From Jimgerdemannia flammicorona (lineage: Eukaryota), in the NCBI GenBank assembly GCA_003990765.1, contig RBNJ01000259.1, positions 1 through 35,205 of the forward strand: 35,205 nt of DNA. The letters run 5' to 3'. Below are positions 24,129 through 35,205 of the stretch, one piece after another. The stretch's first letter is position 1, and every line of letters begins with the position of its first letter. Below the pieces are notes generated by a model, which worked only from the letters and a program-made list of their open reading frames with translations, was not told the DNA's origin and made no database searches. The position numbers and the translations under genes are program-made.

Positions 24129-25064
24129 ATGTCATCAAGCAAGAGTTCTGATGGGTGTGCTGGGTCGGGTGGACTAGGGGCTTTCAGCTAGCAGAATGTG
24201 GGGAGGGGTTATGGCCTGGGGTTGGAGGATCAAAGGGTGGCAAGGACTCTGGAGGTGGACCAGTGTCTGGTAGCCATGGGGGAAGGCCTGGCCCCCAAGC
24301 TTTGCAGATAAGGTGAAGGGGAGTGGGTGGCCAGCTGGATCTAGGACTGGTGCTGCTGAAGGGAAGGGCAAGATAAGCCTAGAGAGGGAGGGAGGTACTC
24401 CAGTGGGGGATGCAAGCATAGGTGCTAGAGATACTGTGGCTGGAGATGGAACTGCTGATGGAAGTGTGATGGGGAATCAGGAAAAAAAAAAGAGATATAA
24501 TGGCTGATAGCAGAGTGGGGTAGAGGTTCCTGATATGGAAGGGGGATCTGGTCAATGGTGTAACAGAGCTGATGGTTGCATCATTACTCAGAAAATTGAT
24601 CTTAGAGTTTGTGGTGACACTGTGCTTCCAAGGCTTAGCAGTAATGGCAAGAATGGTCTTGGGGCTTATCCTGAAGCAGGTAGCTGGGGCTGCATTGATA
24701 AAGTTCCTGAAGGGTCTAGAGGGGATTGAGGTGGGCTTTGAGGAGGTGGGCCCCCTGGAAGAGGCTCTGAAGACTAGAGTGGCAGTTGGGGAGGTGGTGG
24801 TCCCCATGGTGCACTGTCTGAGGTGGGACCCCAGAGTGGTGCAGCTGATAGTGAAGGGGGTGCCTATAGTGACAAAGGAGGAGACTAGGAGGAGGGTGGA
24901 GGAGGTGATGGTAGAGTATAGCAACATAGTGGATATCAGATTCTAGGTATGGGAGGGGACCTCCATCAGGATAGGTGATGTGGATATGAGGATTAGACTG
25001 GCTGGAAGGGAGGCCATAAGGAAGACGAGTGACTGGCCCTTGGTATTGATGTAAGAGACTTTTG

Positions 25065-25122
<58 letters not shown>

Positions 25123-26340
25123 TTTTTTTTTTTTTATAGTCACTCAGACTTTCCTTTATTACTGCTATTAATACAACCATCTAAACCCCTATAAACACAC
25201 AATGTCCACCTCTATCTGATCCCCCTAGGGGGCTCTCCACCCCTCCATAGAGAGGGCTTTTGTCTGTAAAGTGTCAAGGGTAAGAGGGAGTGAAGAGGAG
25301 GAAGATGACTTGTTGGAGGCTCTGGAGGAGTTGAGTGGTGCTGTTGAGAGGAGGGCAAAGACTTGGAAATTGTATGTGAAGTCAATACATCTGGAGATTG
25401 TTGATGAGAAGCATATTTGCACTGACAAGAGACAGTGAGAGAGGACTCAAGAGTACAGAAGGCAGAGGGAGTTGTTGGCAAGCATAGAAGGAGGGGTTAA
25501 GATGATGACTGGGGGCCCTGCGAAGTCTGGGGGAGTGGCGGCGAGTGACTGGACTAGCCAGGGAGGAGGTGATAGGAAGAAGGGCCTAGAAGAAGCTGAG
25601 AAGGTACCACTCAAGAACCTGTTTGCTGATGATACTTTCAAGGTCTGGGACCTAGTTGTAGATGACACTCCCCCTCTAATCAGAAGGGGTCCAGCTGTGA
25701 GAAGTCAGGTGGCAGAGGATGAGCAGATGTGGGGTGCTCAGAAGGTGCATTTTGGGGTTTCTGATGTGGCAAAGGGTGGACAGGTAGTGGCTATTGGTGA
25801 GGACAAGCTGGTGGATGTCCTGAGGAGAGATGGGATGAGACTGCCAGTGTAGGGGCTGATACCATGATACTGGATACAGGAAGGCTGGGGATGTCAGGAG
25901 GGAAGGAGGTGGAGAACCTGCTATAGATGAGCAAGATGATAGATAACCTCGTAGCTGAGGAGTTAGGGGAAGTGGACCTGCAAGTAATGAGTGAGGAGCA
26001 CTGGATAGGGATTCTGTGGAGAGAGGGAGTGGTGGGGGCACTGAAGGCAGAGATTCTTGTGATTTTTCTGGAGGAGGAGGGCTATGAGATTAATAAGGAG
26101 AGGGAGGCTGAGCTTATAGTTGTTGCTGGTGAGCAGGCTGTCTACTGTTGGGCTGAGCAGCATGGTTTGTAGCTCTGGCAGAAGGCATGTCTGGAATATC
26201 ATGAGGACTTCGAGAAAAAGGAGAATGGGGCAATAGCTGAACTTCTGGAAGGGTTGGAAGCATAGGCTGCTGAGGAGAAGGTGCTGGCTGCTAAACATAA
26301 CTTGGACTTGGCACAGGAGGAGTTGAATGCAGATTTGTAG
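24129..26340 (+). pseudogene. ORF1 of LINE D, split by copy F
   Basis: MSSSKSSDG start; WDPRVVQLIVKGVP; EELGEVDLQVMSEEHW; stop at 26338-26340. Confidence 0.85.
25068..25250 (-). mobile_element. LINE copy F: ~115-bp 3' end plus ~69-nt poly(A), extreme 5' truncation, antisense in ORF1 of D
   Basis: Poly(T) at 25067-25135 then ATAGTCACTCAGACTTTCCTTTATT. Degenerate ~15-bp TSD AAGAGACTTTTGTCT (25053-25067) / AGAGGGCTTTTGTCT (25251-25265). Confidence 0.88.
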
Positions 26341-26371
26341 AGGCTATGATTGATAATTAACATTATTCCTA

Positions 26372-29300
26372 ATAAATAGTACAACAAATATTTTCTCTCT
26401 AAATGTGAATGGATTGCAGGGTACTGGGCAGCATAAGAACATTTTTACTTGGCTTAAGAGTCTGAAGGCTGATCTATTCTTATTTCAGGATGTATGATGT
26501 GAGGGTGAGGAGGATCAAGTGGAGTGAACTAGAGAATAGGGAGGAGCTACAGCTTGGATTGGCAAAGTGGTGATTCTGGTGAGGAAGAGTAGATGAGATT
26601 TGGGTGGAATCAGAAGCTGGGGTGGCCACTTAGTCTGAGGTGAATGGTATAGACTGGGGTGAAAATCTGTTAAGGTTGGCTCCTGCTACTGCCCTGCAAT
26701 TAGGGGTGAGTGGATTGAGTGGATTAAGGATCTTTTTGAGGAGGGCATTCTCTTGGAGGAGGGCATCAATATTCTGGGAGGTGACTTTAATATGGTGTGG
26801 GATCCATAGCTAGATAGAACTGATGGCAGGAGGAGTGTGGGTGGGAGGAGTGGTGGTCTGGATAAGTGAGAGGAGACAGAGACCTTAGCTCCTTAGGGGA
26901 TATGGAGAGGACATGGTGGGGTGACAGGAGGGTCTATACACACTGGGTGAATGGGCTAGGTATGAGAATTGACTGGATTCTGATAGCTGAATATTGGAGA
27001 GTTGATGTTTGGAATACTCTAGAGGTGGAGTAGTGCCCATGATCTGATCACTGGGGGCTGTTGGGGCAGGGACAGTTTGGGGGGAGTAGAGATGGACCCA
27101 GACATTGGTGCCTTCTCTCCTCTCTGCTGGATGAGAAGGGGTTGTGGGACCCATGAGTAGAGGAAATCCAGGAGAAGATCATCTTCTGGATATATGAGGG
27201 TTCATCTGTGGGGGACTGCTGGATGTGGCTGAAGGAGACTGTGAGGGTATATTGGGGAGAAGCTGGTAGAGAGGCTGGGAGACAGAGAGGAAAGTGAGTG
27301 AGATGTGCTTCTAATAGGCTGATTAGATTGCAGATAAAATAGACTGATTTGTTTTCTTTTGAAGGAGTGGAGGATTGGAGGTTAGTGAGGACAAAATTGG
27401 AGGTGGTGGAGTTATAACAGATATTAAGAGAAGAGAAGGAGATCTGTTTGAAAGAAATGGCTACCAGATTGCAGTGGCAGGGGCTTGAGGAGAGTGAGAG
27501 GCCTACAAGGTACTTGTCTAGGCTTCTTCAAGTAAGGAGGGTGTGAAATCAATGAGATGGGGTCTTTGATGCTGAGGGGGACATAGTGTGTGGCATGCAA
27601 CAGATCTTGGGGGTATTGAAGGAGTGATGGAGGGAGCTGTAGAGTGAGGAGGAAGGGGGTGCAGATGGATAGGCAATTGGCGATACACTGCAGGAGTGGA
27701 TTCTACTGCAAGTAGAGAGGCTTGGTGACTTGATTGAACTAGTCCAAGAGGGGGAAATCAAGAGTGTCCTTGTGGCAACCAAGCTTGGGACAGTGCTAGG
27801 AGAAGATGGATTACCTTGGGACTTCTGGAAGAAGATGGCAAAGGTCTCTGGAGTATTGGGTGAGATGGCTGCTCTCTGTGACCATGTTCTTCTAAATGGT
27901 GAGTGGGTTGGAGAGCAGGACTTGGGGCTGGTGGCCTTATTGTATAAAGATAAGAGGAGAAGAGAGAACTGAAAGAACTGGAGACCAATTATGCTTCTAG
28001 ATATGGACAGGAAGATGGTGACTAAGGTGATGGTCGCAAGGCTACAGAAAGTGGCCTGACAGGTGCTGGGTGAGGAGCAGTGGGGCTTTGTTAGAGGCAG
28101 ACTAATAAGGGATGGGATGGCATGGGTGCATGGTATCATTGAAGGAGTCCAGGCTTGTGGACTGGATAGTAGATTGGTCTTTTTGGACCAGGAGAAGGCC
28201 TATGACTGTGTATGGCAGGTTTGGCTGGGCAAGGTACTGGATTGAATTGGTGTTCCCCCATGATTTTAGGCTTCTATATTGAATCTGTTGGAGGGCAGTC
28301 AGGCAGCACTGATATGTAATAATTACTGAGGTCTGGTGTTTCCATTGGGAAGAGGAGTTCCTCAGGGGGACTCTCTGTCCTCTATTCTTTATACCCTTTC
28401 ATTAGAACCTTTGATGGATAGGATTTACCAGAAGGTGGCAGGACTCTCTATATATGATATAGTGTGGAAGGTGGGGGCCTTTGCTGATGATATGGTAGTT
28501 GAACTTGGTTCTGTGGTAGATGTTGAGGTGCTTAAGGAGATAGTGGAATGGTATGAGGCACACTTTGGGGTGAAGCTCAACTGGCATAAGTGTGAGACAA
28601 TGGTACTAGAGAATGGGCTAGTAGGTGGGGATATCATTGGAACAATTGTCCCTACTGGTGAGGTAGTGTGGTATCTGGGCATCTTCCTTTCTGTATATGG
28701 ATCTGTCTTACCATGAGTGTGGTGGGAGAGCAGAGTGACCATTTGGGAAGAAGCCCTTTGAGGGTAGGGGGGCTGCCATATATCTCTGGCAGGGTGAGTG
28801 TCAATTCTGAATGTCTACTGATTCTCTAAGCTATGGTACATGGCATATCACCTAGACTTCCTAGCTTGGGTGGTGAAGAGGCTGACAAAGATAGCTAGAG
28901 ATTGGATTTGGACAGAGAGGAGGTCCCACATCAGTTGGGATACTCTTGTGACACTAGTGGTTAGGGGAGGTTTGGGCCTTGTGGATTTCCCTAAGAGGTT
29001 ACACTACCTGCATACCTGGTGGTTGAAGAGAGCTATTGAACTGCAGGGAGGGGATTGGGTGCCACTGTTGTAGAAAGTGTGAGAGATGAGATCCTCTCCT
29101 CAAGGGTCCTCAGGAGATTTGCTCACTTTGGTGGAGCTGAATGGAAGTTGACAGATGTGGTTTAAGGACTTTTGGTAGAGGGTGGTGGATGGAGCATACA
29201 GAATTGGCCTGTGCTGGTGAGATAATAAGGGAGAGGTAATATGGGGTCCTGATATATGGCAATGGGACAGACTTCTTCTGGGGATACTCTGCTTGCTGAG

Positions 29301-29540
29301 TTTGATATTGAAGATAGAGTGGAGTGTCAGCAGAGTCTTGACCAGGATCTTTGGCTGAGTGGCTGGTAGATAGCAAGGATTGGCAAGGAGTGGGACTGAG
29401 TAGGTGTCTGGTCATGGAGTGCTGAGGTGCAGAGGTGGCTTTCTCCCAAGTTCTGGGTAGTATGATGGAGAATACTGTGGAGGAATGTCATGTTGAATTT
29501 CCATGCCAGGTATCTGGTAGAAGGTGGCCAATTAGACGGC
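26372..29540 (+). pseudogene. ORF2 of LINE D, 3' end displaced by copy E
   Basis: INSTTNIFSLNVNGL; ILGGDFNMV; GEDGLPWDFWKKM; RLVFLDQEKAYD; RGVPQGDSLSSILY; VGAFADD. Confidence 0.9.
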
Positions 29541-29621
29541 ATCTCTTTCCAGTACCATTCAGGTTACACAACCTTTGGAAGGCACTTTCGACAATGTTTT
29601 CAGCAAAAAAAAACTAACAAC

Positions 29622-31646
29622 ATGGCAACTGACAGACAACCTGAGGTGCGTACTGGGCAGGGCGGCCCTAGCACTTTCGACTGGCAGCAGGTGGGGAGGG
29701 GGCCAGGCCTGGGGGGTGGTATGAGGGACCTGCTGGTGGGTGGACATGGAAGGGGTGGAGGAGGTGGTGGAGGATCAGGATCTGGGAGGGCAAGCTTCAC
29801 GGAGATGGTGAAGGGGAGGCAGTAGGCGTCGGGGCTGGAGGGCTGGCTGAAGAAGGGCAAGGGGACCGAGAAGGAGATGGTGCTGGGGGGTGCGGCCCTT
29901 GGAAGGGGGGGCGGTGGAGCTGCGGGAGTAGTGGCTGGGGGGGGTGTGACTGCTGATGGTATTGGGACTGTTGATCTGGAAAAAAATCCAGATGTGACGG
30001 CTGATGGCGAGGCTGAGTGGCTGAGGCTTAGAAGGCAAGGGGACTTGGCAGATGGTGTAACAGGTCTGGCGGTGGCTCTGTTACTCAAGAAATCAATTTC
30101 GGCATTCGCGGTCACACTATGCTTCCGGGGCCTAGCAGTGATAGCAAAAATGGTGCTAGGGCTCATCACTAAGCAGGTGGCAGGTGCAGCATCTGTGAAG
30201 TTTTTGAAGGGACTGGAAGGAGTGGAGGTGGGTTTTGAGGAGGCGGCACCACTGGAGGAGGCGCTGAAGATTGGATTGGTAGTTGGGGAGGTATGTGTTC
30301 CTATGGCGCAGTGCTTGAAGTGGGACCCCAGGGTAGTCCAACTGCTAGTGAAAGGAGTGCCGACGGTGACAGCAATGGAGACAAGGAAGAGAATTGAGGA
30401 TTTCATGGCGGAATATGGCGAGGTGATCGATATCGGGTTCAGGGTCTGGGAGGGAACCTCACTCAGGACTAGTGACATGGATGTGAGAATTCGGCTGGCT
30501 GGGAAGGAAGCCACTGGGAAGGCAAGGGATTGGCCTTCAGCGATGGTCTGGGGAGCGATCCTGTGTAAGGTGACAAGGGTGAAGGGGAGTGAGGAAGAGG
30601 AGGAGGATTTACTGGAAGCACTCGAAGAGCTTGGGGGGGCTGTGGAGAGGCGAGCGAAGGCTTGGGAGGCTTTTGAAGAGGCGACACACTTGGAGGTGGT
30701 GGATGGAAAGCAGATTCGAGTGACCAAGGAGCAGTGGGAAAGGGCTCAGGGGCACAAGAGGCAGAAGGAGTTGTTGGCCAAGCTGGATAGCAGACCACTG
30801 GGGGAGGCGAGCAAGGTGAAGGGCACAGGGAGAGCTGGAGTGAGTGTCTGGGCTGGCGAGGGGGAGGGGAAGGACAAGAAGGAGGTGGGGGAGGACAAGA
30901 AGAAGGTGGGGAAGGACCTGTATGTGGACAGTATACTAGAGGTGTGGGAGGAGGACTGGGTGGGTTCCCCTACCCCTACCCCTCTCATCAGGTGTGGCCC
31001 AGCTTCCCAGAATAGGGTGGTGGAAGATGTGCCAATGTGAGGGGCCCAGCGGGTGCAATTCGGAGTTCCAGAGGTGGCGTATGGGGGATAGGTGGAGGCG
31101 GATGGCGAGGAGGAACTGGTGGATGTCCCAGAAGTATGAGATGAGTCTGCAAGTGCTGGAGCTGACACCATAATGTTGGATGGAGGGAGGCCAGTGACTC
31201 CAGGGGGGAAAGAGGTGGGGAACTTGCTTTGGATGTGCCGGATGATGAATAACCTGGCAGCGGAAGAGTTGGGGGAAGTGGACTTGCGAGTGATGAGTGA
31301 TGAGCACTGGGCGGGAATACTGCAGGGGGATGGCGTGATGAAGGCATTGAAGGCAGAAATTCTTGCAGTGTACCTGGAGGAGGAAGGATATGAGGTGGAT
31401 AAGGAGAGGGAGGAGGAGATGGCAGTTGTTGCTGGAGAAAGGGCTGAATACTGCTGGAACAAGCAACATGAACTACAGCTCTGGCAGGAAGCATGCATTG
31501 AATACCAAGAGGAGTTTGAGGAGAAGGCCGATGGTGAGATGAATGAACTACTGGCTGGATTGGAGGCTCAGAGGGCTGAAGAGGAGGAGGTGGCTGCGGA
31601 ACATAATTTGGACAGGGCACAGGAGGAGATGAGCATGGAGCAGTAG
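29622..31646 (+). pseudogene. ORF1 of LINE E (~674 codons; Gly-rich N-terminus, RRM-like domain, acidic helical C-terminus)
   Basis: Single frame with four in-frame stops (29823, 31038, 31089, 31137), each explicable as CAG/CGA>TAG/TGA. RRM-like VQLLVKGVP...FMAEYGEVIDIGFRVWEGTSLRTSDMDVRIRL. Confidence 0.85.
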
Positions 31647-31679
31647 AGACAGATTGACGACATCACATATATCATCAAT

Positions 31680-34600
31680 ATGAACAGTACAACAAACATT
31701 TTCTCTTTGAATGTGAATGGGTTATGGGGCACTTCTTGATGTAGGAACATTTTTACTTGGATGAAGGGATTGGAGGCCAATCTCTTCCTCTTGCAGGATA
31801 TCTGGTGCGAAGATGACTCTGATAGGTTAGAATGGACGAAGGAATGGGGAGGTGCAGCAATTTGGAGGGGCAAGGTTGGAATCTTGATTAGGAGAGGCAG
31901 AGGGGAGATACAGAATGTGCAGTGCTAGGGGGAGAGACTGATCTGGGGAGAGTGGATTTGGGTAGGCTGGGAACCAGTTATGGTTGGTTCTTGCTACTGC
32001 CCTGTGGTACAGGGTGAGAGGGTCAATTGGGTGAAGGGACTACAGGAGAGTGGATTACTTGCAGAGGCCGGGGTGGATGTGCTAGGGAGAGATTTCAATA
32101 TGGTTAGAGATATACTGATGGATAGATCAGATGGAGGACGAGGTGCTGAGGGCAGGAGTGGAGAACTGGTGGCATGGGAGGAAGTCGAGAGGCTGAGTGC
32201 GCTATTGGATGCTGGAAGGGAGTGCTGGGGGAGTAGGAGGGTCTATACACATTGGGCAGGGGGTCTGGGGACTAGGATCGATTGGATTTTGACGGCTTGC
32301 TGCTGGGGACTAGATGTTTGGAAATCATTGGAGGTGGAATGGTGTCCATAGTCGGATCACTGGGGGCTTTTGGGACAGGGGTGCTTTGGGGGAAGTGGGG
32401 ATGGGCCTGGACATTGGCGCCTCAATTCCTCTTTGTTAGATGATAAGACCCGGTGGGATGAGTGTGCTAACAACATTCAGCTGAGGGTAGAGACCTGGAG
32501 GCAGGAAGGGGCTGCAGTTGGGACTCGGTGGATGAGGATGAAGGAAATGGCCAGGATTTACTGGAAGGAGGCTGGCAAGGAGGCCGGGAAGCAGCGAAAA
32601 CAAAAGGTGCGCTGGGCCTCTGCTCGATTGACGAGGCTCCTGGAGGAGTGGGCATGGCTGACGATGTTGGAGGGAGAAGAAGATTGGAGATTACTGAGGG
32701 TGAAAATGGAGGTTGGGGAACTTCAACAGGTGCTGCGGGAAGAAGAAGAGGCAAGGGTACAAAGCTTGGCAGCACGGCTTCGTTGGCAGGATCTGGAGGA
32801 AGGAGAGAGACCTTCCAAGCTTCTTTCAAGGGCCCTTAGGGCGAGGCGGGTCCAGCAACAGTGGGAAGGGGTCTTGGACTCTGATGGTGTACTGGTGCAT
32901 GGTGTACAGGACATTCTTGGATCGCTGAAGGAGAGATAGAGTGGATTGTGGAGTGAGGAGGAAGGTGGGGCAGATGCCACTACAATTGAACGTACATTGG
33001 AGGATTGGCACCCACCATAAGTTAAAGGGCTAGGGGACCTGGTGATGCCTGTACAGGAGGGTGAGATCCACCAGGTTCTTGCCATGACAACATCCAGTAT
33101 GGCACCTGGGGAGGATGGGCTGCCCTAGGACTTTTGGAAGCGAATGGTTGAAGTCCCAGGGGTGATGGGAGAGATGACAGCATTGTGTGACCTTATTCTA
33201 CAGACAGGTAGATGGGTGAGAGAGCAGGACCTTGGGCTGGTGACACTGCTCTACAAAAACAAAGGAGGGTGGGAGGATTGGAAGAACTGGTGGCCAATAA
33301 TGCTACTAGATATGGACAGAAAGTTGGTAACCAAGGTGGTGGTGGCAAGACTACAGAAGGTGGCCCAGCAAGTCATGGGTGTGGAGCAGAGGGGATTTGT
33401 GAGTGGTCGGCTCATCAGGGATAGCACCGCCTGGGTGCATGGCATCATCGAAGGGGTGAGAGCATGTGGGCTAGATGGGCGTCTAGTTTTCTTGGACCAG
33501 GAGAAGGCTTACAACCGGGTGCGGAGAGTCTGGCTGGAGAAAGTTCTGGATAGAATGGGGGTACCGCATCAATTCTGGTTGACAATGGTCAGCCTACTGG
33601 AAGGGAGTAGGGCTGCACTCATGTGTAATGGACATAGAGGGGTAGTGTTCCCCTTGGGAAGGGGCGTGCCCCAGGGGGACCCACTGTCCCCCATTTTGTA
33701 TGCTCTTTCCCTGGAACCACTTATGGACCAGATTAGGCAGAGGATAGTGGGGCTCTCTGTCTTTGGCATAGGATGGAAGGTTGGGGCCTTTGCTGATGAC
33801 ATGGTGGTGGGCTTGGGTTTGATTGCTGATGTTGAGGAGCTCAAGAGGACTGTGGAGTGGTATGAGGAGCATTCTGGAGCTAAGCTGAATTGGCATAAGT
33901 GTGAGACAATGGTGCTTGGTAATGGCCTGGTGGGAGGGGAGGTTATAGGAACAATTGTCCCCACCAGTGAAGCAGTACAGTACTTAGGTATCTACTTGTT
34001 AGTCTATGGGTCAGTTCTGCCCAAGCTTTGGTGGGAGCAGAGGATTGGAATCTGGGAGGAGGCTCTGCGGAGTTGGGGGGGTAGACATTTTTCTCTAGCA
34101 GGGTGGGTCTCGGTTTTGAATGTCTACTGGCTGCCAAAGTTGTGGTATCTGGCATATCATCTGGACTTCCCAGCCTGGATAGTGAAGAGATTGATGAAGG
34201 CAGCAAAAGGATGGATTTGGGCTGGCAGGCGGGGTCAGATTAGTTGGGAAACCTTGTCCCTACCAGTGGTGAGAGGCGGTCTTGGGCTGGTTGACTTCCC
34301 AAAACAGTTACACTGCTTGAGAGCATGGTGGCTGAAGAGGGCGGTGGAGTTGAGAGGAGGTGGATGGGTTCCTCTGTTACAAAAGATATGGGAGAGGCAG
34401 ATATCGCCAAGGGGCTCAACCGGTGATCTCCTCTCCTTGATTGGGCTTCAGAACACTGCCCAACTATAATATAAAGGATTTTGGTGGGGAATTGCAGAAG
34501 GAGCACACTGCATTGGTATTCGTTGGTAAGGGAATGAAGGTGAGGAGGATTGGGACCCAGCGATGTAGAGATGGGACTGTATACTGCTGGGTGGTGCTCC

Positions 34601-35205
34601 TTTGGCTGAGTTTGACATTGGTGATGGAATGGAATGCCAAAGGGGACCAGGCCAGGATCTGTGGCCTAGCGGTTGGCAAGGAGTTGGAATTGGTGAAGAG
34701 TGGAACTGGCATAGTGTTTGGACCTGGAGTACTACGGTGAGAGCATGGCTGCCACCAAAGTACTGGGTGGTCTGGTGGCGCATGCTGTGGAGGAATGTTA
34801 TGCTCAATTTTCACTCAGGGCACCTGGTTGTAGGGGGTTGCTTCGACTGTGAGGAGTGCCATAATGTAGGGCAGGAGGGGAGTTATGTACAGATGCCAGA
34901 ACATTGGCTAGGAGAGTGTGAGGTGTTGGGGGATTTTTGGCGGACAATTGGGGATCGCTTAGGGGTACGGGGTAGGAGTGGTGGAGTACAGGGGCGATGG
35001 GAGGACCTGAGGGTTAGATTGGTAGGGGGGATAGGGAAGGAGTGGCTCACTTTAGGTTGGGCTTTGGCTATTTGGGTGGGGTTGGCCAGTCATTGGCTAT
35101 TTGTCTTTGAGGATGGGAGGAGGCAGAGCTTGGGGGACCAGCTGCTGTGATGGCATAGGCTTATGGAAGACACCTTAACAGGCCGGTGGCTGGGTTGGGG
35201 GATGC
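31680..35205 (+). pseudogene. ORF2 of LINE E (APE endonuclease, RT, CCHC finger)
   Basis: MNSTTNIFSLNVNGL; FLLQD; LGRDFN; TRIDWIL; SDH; WRLNSSLL; APGEDGLP; LDQEKAYNRV; RGVPQGDPLSPILY; FADD; KLNWHKC; YLGI; GGLGL; CEEC...EHWLGEC. Confidence 0.95.

Larger units (their letters stand above)
24048..29540 (+). mobile_element. LINE copy D, intact 5' end, interrupted by F and cut by E
   Basis: 5' end ACCTTTCTCCTGTACAATTCAC resembles those of C and E. ORF1 and ORF2 are collinear with E up to YLVEGGQLD at 29540. Confidence 0.9.
29541..35205 (+). mobile_element. LINE copy E, least decayed, 5' complete, runs off the window
   Basis: 5' end ATCTCTTTCCAGTACCATTCAGG, ~80-nt 5' UTR, long residual ORFs and many surviving CpGs. 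Confidence 0.93.

Noticed and set aside
24716..25180. Poly-lysine ORFs
   Set aside because: Translation of the poly(A) tail of LINE fragment F.
29600..31620. Long antisense ORFs (375, 250 and 210 aa), and similar Ser/Pro/Leu-rich ORFs such as 14650-15432 and 2264-2902
   Set aside because: Shadow frames of the G/purine-rich LINE sense strand; low complexity and no independent evidence.
31644..31682. ORF1 and ORF2 of copy E in the same frame separated by a single TAG (possible readthrough or fused ORF)
   Set aside because: Copies A-D have 38- or 31-nt spacers that put ORF2 out of frame, so the phase is not conserved.

Overview
Eukaryotic, probably fungal, repeat-dense DNA with no intact host gene; the whole window is a nest of transposable elements decayed by C>T/G>A transitions. 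It holds six copies or fragments of related L1/Tx1-like non-LTR retrotransposons (A-F: RRM-like ORF1; ORF2 with APE endonuclease, FADD-type RT and C-terminal CCHC), a Ty3/Gypsy pol remnant with an extra ORF 3' of pol, and one complete 6.4-kb hAT DNA transposon (4495-10870; 15-bp TIRs, 8-bp TSD). Insertion order can be read from target-site duplications. The most interesting object is the hAT element. Besides a spliced BED-finger/DDE/hATC transposase on the minus strand, it carries a convergent spliced cargo gene whose last exon reads like a TET/JBP-type 2OG-Fe(II) dioxygenase core (HTD...H(Y)GT). A five-unit palindromic GC-rich repeat array lies between the two genes. All calls come from manual reading and motif recognition; no searches were run.
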